Shown piece by piece: positions 1-8,036 of a stretch of DNA of 16,134 nucleotides. The DNA comes from Octopus sinensis. Lineage: Eukaryota. The stretch covers positions 1-16,134 of the forward strand of contig NW_021825252.1 in assembly GCF_006345805.1 (NCBI RefSeq), read 5' to 3'. Position 1 is the first letter of the stretch. Every line of letters starts with the position of its first letter. A model generated the notes under the pieces. That model was not told where the DNA came from, ran no database searches, and worked only from the letters and a program-made list of their open reading frames with translations. The position numbers and the translations under genes are program-made.

Positions 1-520
1 ATAATATTTCTTCCTTGAATAAAAAGCAATCTGTGTTTTCTTTTCATTAAAAAATAATTAAGCATGCTATCATTTCAATAAAACTTTTGGTTTTGTTAAA
101 CGAAATTAAGGCAAAAAAAAAAAGAAAAGACTTCTTCAGAAACAAAATAGTTTTTCCTTCCTTCATGCCAAGTTTGGAGAAAATATCTCTTTTGCATCTT
201 ACTTTTTTGGTCTCTTAAATATTCTGCATTTTGTGGCATTATTTCAAGCCAGCCGGCTTTTTTGCGCAAACTGCACGTGCAATTTTCTCGCGTATGCGTA
301 GTATCGATCGCAACAGCTGATGTACTAGCACGTACAAATGCACGTTCCCACGGCTTTGCCAATCGCATTCTTACCTGGAATCGATTTTTGTAATTTTTAA
401 AGACTTATACATGCCCTGATACCATTGGTATCTACATATCAAATTTGAGTGCAATCGGATGGAGGATGCCTGAGATCCTAGAAGACACACAGACAGACAG
501 AACGGATTTTATAAAAGAGA
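1..520 (-). mobile_element. Probable non-autonomous Helitron-like element, 5' end (continues beyond window start)
   Basis: Minus strand starts A|TCTCTTTTATAAAATCCGTT(CTGT)n..CCGATTGCACTCAAATTTGATATG. A 5' TC, then a (CTGT)n tract, then CCGAT..AAATTTG is an architecture typical of invertebrate non-autonomous Helitrons. The 3' CTRR/hairpin is not visible. Confidence 0.45.
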
Positions 521-1084
521 TGTATATATATATATATATTTAATAACGAACCATGTAATTCACTCTCTGGAAAATTTATTTCTGTAAAATGTTGGGAGTG
601 GGTACAATTTCCAAGGCTTCCGCCTCACCCCACCCCGTTTTGCAGACCCAAAAAGGGTTTTGTAGCATCCAACAAAAACCAAAAATAATAATTTCCAATG
701 ATTTGGGAATGGGGTGGGAGGACGCCATTTTTGACCCGTTCTGTTTTTAGCGGCTGAACATTGTAAATATTACAATCGATTAACTTTCAGTCTTGCGCGC
801 CCAGAACCAAGGACATCGGATATACCACTGATTTCTCACCGGTATAAAAACAATAAAGTATATCTTTTTTTACGTCGCGGGTTTGTGTTTCTTTGACTGG
901 TAGAGTCTGGATATAAAAGCAACGGAAAGTGATTGCACCAACTTGCACCCCAAAAGTGCAAGAGGAGATATTCACATATTCCTTACACAACAATGTCTCT
1001 TTCAACACGCAACTTCACATGAAGAATCCGGCAAAACAAATGCATAAAAGTATGCCTGTGTCTGTGTGAATCTTTTATCTTTAA

Positions 1085-1200
1085 CGTGTTTCAGACATTA
1101 GACTGTGGCCATGCTGGAGCAACACCTTGAAGAATTTCTAGTCGAAGAATTGAACCCAGTACATCTTTGTGTTAAGCCTTGTATTTATTCCATCGATCCC
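1085..1200 (-). mobile_element. SINE family A 3' tail fragment
   Basis: GTTTCAGACATTAGACTGTGGCCATGCTGGAGCA.. matches 7580-7615. Confidence 0.65.
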
Positions 1201-1269
1201 TCCATATAACACCTTCTTTTTCACTCGCTCATCCTCTCTCTCTCTCTCTATCTATTTCTAACAAACTGA

Positions 1270-1680
1270 GTCACAATGCAAATATTTCCTTCAGGCATTA
1301 CACAGTATAATGTGTGATTTAAAGGGATTTGACTGCTATTTCTGCAAGAGAAAATATCGATACAACTATATTCACAGATATACAAGAAGTGACTCCCAGA
1401 CCTCAAAAAGAATTATAGTTCCTCATCCACGCCAGAAATTTTAAGGGGACGGGTTAAATCGACATTTACCGAAAGGGGTCTAGTCACCAGATAGGGGTCC
1501 TGCATGGCCTCATTAGACACACATAAGAGAGTACGCTGTAATTAATTGGTAATTCCAACGAGCCTACTTTCATTGCAGATAATCCCCTCAGATATTACAC
1601 AGTATGATGTGTGATTTCAGGAGATTTGACTGCTATTTCTAGAAGGAGATGTATTAGTACAACTATATTGATATATATTA
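1270..1680 (+). repeat. Diverged direct repeat pair (~85 nt) flanking a SINE B tail fragment
   Basis: TTACACAGTATAATGTGTGATTT..GATTTGACTGCTATTTCT..TACAACTATATT at ~1298-1372 and ~1594-1669. The segment ~1425-1480 resembles a minus-strand SINE B tail. Confidence 0.75.
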
Positions 1681-1720
1681 TTGTTGCTATGGTGTGTGTG
1701 TGTGTGTGTGTGTGTGTGTA

Positions 1721-1938
1721 TCAGTGGGGAAATTGGTAGAATCGATGCCATGCTGGAGGAAATGGTTAATCGCATTTTGTACAGCTTCATGTTGTGAGTT
1801 CAGGTTCTGCCTCGGTCGATTTATCCATTTCATCGTTCCAAGGTCAATAAATTAAGTACCAGTCAAATACTAAGGATAAAGTAATTGATTAGCTGCCCAC
1901 AGTAATTGCAGGCGTTGTGCTAATAGTAAAAAGTGAAT
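1721..1938 (+). mobile_element. tRNA-derived SINE family B, diverged near full-length
   Basis: Head ..TTGGTAGAATCG.., B-box-like GAGTTCAGGTTC, central GGTCGATTTATCCATTTCATCGTTCCAAGGTCAATAAATTAAGTACCAG, tail ..GCAGGCGTTGTGCTAATAGTAAAAAG. Related fragments occur elsewhere in the window. Confidence 0.65.
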
Positions 1939-1997
1939 TAGAGAGAGAGAGAGGGGGGGTAGATAGATCTGTTATAGTATGTGTGTGTGTGTGTGTA

Positions 1998-2100
1998 TAA
2001 GCCGATGAGGTGACAGAATCGTTCACACGCAGGGTCGTTGGAGTCAATTAGTTGCCTCTACTAGAATTCCAGGCCTTGTTTTCTTTAGACAAAGAATGAT
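1998..2100 (+). mobile_element. SINE family B, internally deleted copy
   Basis: Head GACAGAATCGTTCACACGC is joined directly to the tail GGGTCG..AATTCCAGGCCTTGT..TAGACAAAGAATGAT. Confidence 0.5.
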
Positions 2101-3136
2101 CACATATGCGTATGGTAGAAAGCGGAAGTCTCCATGGGTGCCCTGGGACTGAATGTCGATGTGGGTGAAGATTACAAGGAAAATCTCTGCTCCCAAATTC
2201 TGAGAAGAAAAGAGAGTAACAGACAAATGGATGGCTGTGAGATTTGGCTGTTATTTCTTGCAGCAGGTCTACTGTACATTAAGCATTGATACGTTATATA
2301 TTTAGATCTTGTTTTTTCTGCATCCTTCTCTCGTTTTCTGTGTCCATCTTTGCATATATTTTTGCTAAACTCTTGCTGTTGTTTCTAGCATATGAAATGT
2401 TGCAGTTTCATGTTGTATTGGATTTGTGTCGTGTGACAAATAGGTGTACAATTTATAAACTGCAATTAATTTCAGAAGAACAGTAGATTGGAGGGGCATT
2501 TAGCTGCTATTTCAAACAACTCTAGCTATCATGTACACTTCAGCTTTCATCAGCTAATATATAAATATGTATGGAGTTAGAAGAGACGGTATGATGTTGT
2601 TTCAACGTAGATTTGGCTGCTATATCTAGCAGCTCTGGCAATCGTTTGAATTTTACACATGATTAATTTAATTTTCTCATTAAATTAAACTTTAATTTGC
2701 ATTTAAGTATTACAGTGAAATTAATACAACAACCAAAACTAGTTACAAACACACTTACATATGCTAGAAACAGCAGCTATATAGAAGTATTTCATGTTTC
2801 TTTTTACACAGTTTCCTTTCCAAAAACGTGTGTCTACGTAAAGTTTGTGCTTCAGTACAAGAGACTGAGTGAATATGTATAGGGGATGGGGGTCGGTTTT
2901 CTGAAATAAAATCTGTGAGACTGGTGCCCCTAAATCAGCATAAGCAACAAGGGTATGGATGTATTCGGCAGAAGAAGGAATGGAAGCCACATTTAGGAGA
3001 ATATCTTTGCATCGTTTAGGAGTGTGTGAGGGAAGACGACTGGGAACAAATGAATGGATTGATATCTATGTATATACATTTGTACTTTAATATTATATAT
3101 CTCCCTCCATCTAACTATACAACATGCATTCACATA

Positions 3137-3295
3137 CAGGTGTGGCTGTGTGGTAAGAAGCTTGTTTCCCAACCACACACTCGGGGGTTCAGTCCCACTG
3201 TATGACAACTTGGACAAGTGTCTTCTACTACAGCATCTGGCCAACCAAAGCCTTGTGGGTAGAATTTGGTTGGCAGAAACTAAAAGAAGCCCATC
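3137..3295 (+). mobile_element. SINE family A, 5' half only
   Basis: A box TGGCTGTGTGG at 3143-3153 and B box GGTTCAGTCCC at 3186-3196; ends at the (TA)n tract. Confidence 0.85.
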
Positions 3296-3314
3296 ATATA
3301 TTTATACACATACA

Positions 3315-3317
<3 letters not shown>

Positions 3318-3363
<46 letters not shown>

Positions 3364-3364
3364 G

Positions 3365-3400
<36 letters not shown>

Positions 3401-3403
3401 TAT
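3318..3403. repeat. (TA)n microsatellite
   Basis: Direct reading. Confidence 0.95.
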
Positions 3404-3407
3404 AAAA

Positions 3408-3864
3408 TGAGATAGGGGTTGAAAATTCAACCCACATGGGATAACATATATCCAATATACTGCTAGATAGGTACCCAACAAGACTAATACATAGATGTTA
3501 AAAATTGCCAAACAATCAGTTCATCTATGTATTATATGGGCAAAGGTAATAATATTACCGTAATTAATACTACAAAATTAGAAAATGGAGAACATACTAA
3601 ATCAATAAAACATCAACTATCAGATGATACCCAATCAATACTTTATTACACCATTACATATCAGTAAAGGCATTATACAAAATATACAGTAAATGTAAAT
3701 AGACAAGGAAATATAAGTATAAAATATAAAATATAATATGTAATTATATCATATCTGACAGCTGTTTCGGCAGCAAGGGCAGTCATACCTCATTTAACCT
3801 ATAAACCATAAAGGCAGGTATAAATGAGGCATTAACAAGGATGCCCCACGGCCTCTTCAGAGAA
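3408..3864 (-). mobile_element. Hammerhead-bearing non-coding repeat, copy 1 (Penelope pLTR-derived or retrozyme-like)
   Basis: Colinear homology to 7057-7508 in opposite orientation. Includes the exact 16-mer AGCAGTATATTGGATA (3464-3449 vs 7451-7466) and the terminal ATCCCAT(A)GTGGGTT...AACCCCTATCTCA. Confidence 0.7.
3753..3864 (-). ncRNA. Type I hammerhead ribozyme (Penelope-like minimal type) with extended stem II; core intact
   Basis: Minus strand reads UUCU-CUGAAGA(3860-3854)-GGCCGUGGGGCA...UGCCCUUGCUGCC-GAAAC(3768-3764)-AGCU-GUC(3759-3757)-AGAU. All core nucleotides are present, G10.1-C11.1 closes stem II, loop III is palindromic (AGCU), stem I is UCU/AGA. Predicted cleavage between 3757 and 3756. 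Confidence 0.8.
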
Positions 3865-4199
3865 TTTAATTTGTTATAATTGTGAAAAAATTATTTTTCC
3901 ATATACATATAAATATAAAAATATAAAAATGTAAAATATAAAAACTTATGCATAAACTTCATAATGCTACACATATATAATATAATACTCATATAATATA
4001 ATACTCATTGGTACAATAATGCAAGGTAAACAAAACAAAATAAAACAAAATATATATCAGTGTATATATTAATATTAATAAGCACAGTTATTATACATAT
4101 TTGGCTAATAGTTTTAAAAAACTAACACATAGGGAGATGTATGCGCACTACTATTTAAAGTAAAATCATACCTATACCTGAAAAACATATACACAAACA

Positions 4200-4955
4200 T
4201 GAAGCTAGGAAGAAGTGCTGCTGGTGCATTTCAAGATGGGAAACACACAAATACTTCTTTATTCTTAATTGATACATTTAATCAATAAAATATTTCTTCC
4301 CATTATTGATAAAATAATCTCATCTGTTTTGGCAATTGTCGACCCCTTCATGATAGATAATACCTTCAACATTCCATCAAACACAAAGCACAACTCTTTT
4401 TTAGTCCGAGACACTACCTTGGGAATGGATTGTCTATATTTATCGGATACTATGCCTTGTTGTTCTTGTTGGAAATGACGACAGAGGACCCGCTTTTCAA
4501 CAGTTGCGATGATTCTACCAAAGAAAGTTTTGATAACAAGTCTACTCTTCAATGACAAGCAGAGGGTAGCAAGTCTATGATGAAGCTGAGAAACAGTCAC
4601 GTGATGAGGAACCCACACTCTGAATTCAAACACTTTTCCCAGTTCATGAAGGTGTTTTATGATCGAACTATGACTAAAGTTGAACTGCCTTGCTTAATCT
4701 TTTGAGGTTTGCTTTGAATTTTGCTCGGCTGAGTTCGATATTGATAGAACTCGATCATTAGATCACGGAAAATCTGTAGAAGAAATCTTTCCTGGGCGAA
4801 ACTGGTCAAACCATAGCTGGAATGTCCAGGCAACTCACAGCATTGTTTCCATGGACAGAACGACAAATATTTCTTGCTGCTTCCATTGCTAAGGGGTCCC
4901 TTTTCTATTCGTACAACATGAAGTGTCTAATAAACGAAGTCTGATCTAAACTCAT
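4200..4955 (-). pseudogene. Highly decayed mariner-family transposase
   Basis: From ATG 4955: MSLDQTSFIRHFMLYE*KR..AARNICRSVHG, then QLWFDQFRPG, SHSSIIKHLHELGKV, WVPH (4615-4604), FFGRIIATVEKRVL (decayed FLDRIVTGDEKW), CV*WNVEGIIYHE, and a remnant resembling HDNAPAH at ~4238-4214. Multiple stops and frameshifts. Confidence 0.85.
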
Positions 4956-5142
4956 TTTAAAAGATTAAAATCGATACAAACTTAAAGTTTAAGGTTTAAA
5001 GTAATCCGCAAATAAAAATATTAGAATGTAAAAGAAATATTTATTTCAAATATTGAAAAGAACCGTGGTCATGTGAAAAATGCAGGTCATGTGAAGAATG
5101 AGGTCATGTGAAAAATGCAGAAGACAGTTTCCCAACCTATTA
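4956..5142 (-). mobile_element. 5' UTR and probable 5' terminal inverted repeat of the mariner relic
   Basis: Plus strand ...TTTCCCAACCTAT|TA (5128-5142) resembles mariner termini (..CCAACCTAA|TA), ~185 nt upstream of the transposase ATG. No 3' TIR was found. Confidence 0.5.
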
Positions 5143-5149
5143 TACCTCA

Positions 5150-5205
5150 TTACCCCAGCACGGCCGTAGTCTGATGACTGAGTCAAATAAAAGAATAAAA
5201 GAGCA
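5150..5205 (+). mobile_element. SINE family A extreme 3' tail fragment
   Basis: CCAGCACGGCCGTAGTCTGATGACTGAGTCAAATAAAAGAATAAAAG aligns to the family tail CCAGCATGGCC..AGTCAAATGACTGAAGCAAGTAAAAG. Confidence 0.55.
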
Positions 5206-5443
5206 AAAAAATATCTAAATAAATACAAAATATAATTTGAGGTAGTAATTATTTTCTGGGAAACAAAACCATATCCTCAAAATAATGACTGAAGTGAATA
5301 ATTAGAGTTTAAAGCTGCACTAATGAGTCATCCTTTATTCCTCTAACGAACTCCATAAGATAAAATTTTTCTGTATTCACCATCCACACGCATCTCTACC
5401 GGTAAATATTCAGTGAAGCTCTTGCAGAGCGACGAAAGCTTAC

Positions 5444-5482
5444 CTGCAGCTCTTTCTAGCAATGATAGTAATTCATGATCCC
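5444..5482 (-). CDS. Candidate 39-nt phase 1-1 exon (GDHELLSLLERAA)
   Basis: Minus-strand acceptor TTTACATTTCAG| and consensus donor CAG|GTAAGC; a single open frame. It lies on the opposite strand to the other candidate exons. Confidence 0.3.
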
Positions 5483-5507
5483 CTGAAATGTAAATATATA
5501 TATATAT

Positions 5508-6291
5508 AGAAGCATCAGATGTGGTGTGCAAGAGAGACGTCTGCGCTGGTATGGTCATGTGGCAAGAATGGATGAGGATAGCTGTGTGAAAAAGTGCCAC
5601 ACCCTAGCGGTTGAGTGAATCTGTGGAAGACGTAGACCCATGAAGACCTGGGATGAAGTGGTGAAGCACGACCTTCGAACTTTAGGCCTCACTGAGGCAA
5701 TGACTAGTGACCAAGACTTTTGGAAATATGCTGTGCTTGATAAGACCCGGCAAGCCAAATGAGACCATAACCTCGTGGCCTATGCCAGGGGCGTAACCGG
5801 CCCACTTATGCGTACCTTTTCCTTCTTTGGACACTAAATTCTGCTTGTGAAGACCTGTTGATGCAAATGAAATCAAAATCAAGTTCGATGTCTTGCGTCC
5901 GTGCTACCGAGGTGGAAAGAGCACCATCCGAGTGTGATCGTTGACAGAGCAGCTAACCGGCTTCCATGCCAGTGGCATGTAAAAGGCACCATTCGAGCGT
6001 GATCGTCACTAGCATCGCCTTACTGGCACCTGTGCCAGTGGCATGTGTAAAAAGCTTTGTGCGAGGTCGTTAACAGTACCACCTGACTGGCCCCCATGCC
6101 GATTGGCATGTAAAAGCACACACTACACACTCGGAGTGGTTGTCGTTAGGAAGGGCATCCAGCTGTAGAAACTCTGCCAAATCAAGATTGGAGCCTGGTG
6201 CAGCCATGTGGTTCACCAGCCCTCAGTCAAATCATCCAACCCATGCTAGCATGGAAAGAGGACATTAAATGATGATGATGATGATGATGAT
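5508..6291 (+). mobile_element. RTE-clade LINE, 5'-truncated 3' end
   Basis: 5508-5762 translates RSIRCGVQERRLRWYGHVARMDEDSCVKKCHTLAVE*ICGRRRPMKTWDEVVKHDLRTLGL...AK*, matching the RLRWxGHVxRM / GRPxxTW C-terminal signature of RTE ORFs. It is followed by a ~510-nt 3' UTR and a (GAT)n tail (~6271-6291). Confidence 0.88.
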
Positions 6292-6424
6292 TTTTTTGGC
6301 CGCTCAGTTGTATCTATCAATTTATCTTTGTCTGTGTGTGTGTGTATATATATAATATATATATTATATATATATGTATATATATATATATATTATATAT
6401 ATATATAATATATATTATATATAT

Positions 6425-6610
6425 GGATTTCGTAGACAGAAACTGAAAGAAATCAATTGTATATATATGTATGTATATATGTAAGTATGTGTGTGTCTTT
6501 GTCTCTGTTTTTCGTCCTCATCACTGCATCACAACTGCTGTTTGTTTATTTACATCCCCATAACTTACTGGTTTGACTAGAAGAAACTAATAGAATAAGT
6601 ACCAGGCATA
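6425..6610 (+). mobile_element. SINE family A, diverged middle/3' fragment
   Basis: GTAGACAGAAACTGAAAGAA, ..TTTACATCCCCATAACTTA.. and ..ATAGAATAAGTACCAGGC match the family body. Confidence 0.65.
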
Positions 6611-6687
6611 TCAACATAAAAAAAGCACTAGGCTGTGTCTCATATTTTTGTTTGCTCACTCAGTTGTTTCTATCAATTTGTCTCTGT

Positions 6688-6688
6688 A

Positions 6689-6750
<62 letters not shown>

Positions 6751-6985
6751 ATACATACATACATATATAATATATATATATATAATACATATATATATAT
6801 AATATATATATAATATCTGTATATATATATAGATATATATATAGATATATATATATAATACTATAATATATATATAATACATATATATAATAAATATATA
6901 TATATATATATAATATATATATATAATACACACACATATATATATGTATATATATATTATATATATATATATAAGATATATATTT
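6688..6985. repeat. (TG)n followed by long imperfect (TA)n
   Basis: Direct reading. Confidence 0.95.
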
Positions 6986-7056
6986 ATACTCTTGTGCATG
7001 TGTATTTTGTTTCATATTGTATTTGCATTTGTATATTTTTATAATTGTACTTTATA

Positions 7057-7174
7057 ATCCCTGACAAGGTCTTGAGATATATAACTCATTTTTAACTGCA
7101 TATTACCTCAATACATCTGACTAATATAGGCACAATGAGATACCTTTATCTACAGGCTGAAACAGCTGTAAGAT
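7057..7174 (+). ncRNA. Degenerate type I hammerhead ribozyme, paralog of 3753-3864
   Basis: AUCC-CUGACAA(7061-7067, G8 to A)-GGUCUUGAGAU...AUCUACAGGCU-GAAAC(7159-7163)-AGCU-GUA(7168-7170)-AGAU. Same topology, with a 91-nt stem II containing CUCAUU/AAUGAG (7085-7090/7134-7139) and AUAUUA/UAAUAU helices. Confidence 0.7.
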
Positions 7175-7508
7175 CCATTTTATATGTAATATTTTTATGG
7201 TATTATCTTACTTATTGATGTAAATTGTTTTATTCTGTTGGATTTGGATGTTCCTATTGAAGTAGTTAATAAATAATATGAATTGGTAATATCTGTAAGT
7301 CGATGATTGAAAGGAATCTGTTCCTCCAATTTCTTATTTGTATTATGAATTTGAGGTAAAATATTTTAACTTCGCCCATCTAATACAATAAATGAATTAA
7401 TTGCATTGCAATTATAAGCATTTATGTATTTGCCTTTTGGGTACTTCACCAGCAGTATATTGGATAACTGATATCCCATAGTGGGTTACACTCATAACCC
7501 CTATCTCA
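7057..7508 (+). mobile_element. Hammerhead-bearing non-coding repeat, copy 2
   Basis: Aligns by eye to the reverse complement of 3408-3864 across the ribozyme, the AT-rich body (e.g. GCCCATCTAATACA vs GCCCATATAATACA) and the 3' hairpin. Confidence 0.7.
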
Positions 7509-7560
7509 CTTTGTACTTTTATGCATATATATATATATATTATATATATATATATATATA

Positions 7561-7965
7561 CTCTTTACTCTCTTTTACTTGCTTCAGTCATTTGACTGGG
7601 GCCATGCTGGAGCACCGCCTTTAGTCGAGCAAATCGATCACGAGACCTATTCTTTGTAAGCCCATTACTTATTCTATCGGTCTCTTTTGCCGAACCGCTA
7701 AGTGACAGGGACGTACACACACCAGCATCGGTTGTCAAGCAATGCTAGGGGAACAAATACAGACACACAAATACACACACATACATATATATATATGCAT
7801 ATATACGACAGGCTTCTTTCAATTTCCATCTACCAAATCCACTCACAAGGCATTGGTTGGCCCGGGGCTATAGCAGAAGACACTTGCCCAAGATGCCACG
7901 CAGTGAGACCGAACGCGGAACCATGTGGCTGGTTAGCAAGCTACTTACCACACAGCCACTCCTGC
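7561..7965 (-). mobile_element. tRNA-derived SINE family A, near full-length, with internal microsatellite
   Basis: Minus-strand head GAGTGGCTGTGTGGTAAG (A box) and GCGTTCGGTCTC (B-box-like), then ..CTTGGGCAAGTGTCTTC.., an internal (TA)/(TG) tract, and the tail ..GGTGCTCCAGCATGGCC..GACTGAAGCAAGTAAAAG. Homologous to other copies in the window. Confidence 0.85.
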
Positions 7966-7971
7966 GTCTAC

Positions 7972-7978
7972 ATATATA

Positions 7979-8036
<58 letters not shown>

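Noticed and set aside
365-380. Strong minus-strand splice donor CCAG|GTAAGA
   Set aside because: It lies inside a putative Helitron-like repeat with no convincing upstream acceptor or open exon.
2389-2443. Possible plus-strand exon after a long pyrimidine tract (YEMLQFHVVLDLCRVTN)
   Set aside because: Weak donor (GTGTAC) and no supporting homology; not distinguishable from chance.
1326-2632. CRISPR-like repeat-spacer array
   Set aside because: Eukaryotic context, degenerate repeats, irregular spacing (about 114-618 nt) and no cas genes.
4501-4510. CAGTTGCG as the missing left TIR of the Tc1 element
   Set aside because: Only 8 nt match; it lies inside the mariner coding relic and no inner DR follows.
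4265-4633. 122-aa ORF as an intact gene
   Set aside because: It is an internal piece of the decayed mariner transposase, with the first catalytic Asp lost and a frameshift midway.
5171-5195. CTGATGA as a third hammerhead core
   Set aside because: No GAAA or stem III follows, and the segment aligns to the SINE A tail.
5490-6300. Target-site duplication for the RTE insertion
   Set aside because: Left flank is (TA)n and right flank is T7GGCC; no shared direct repeat is visible.
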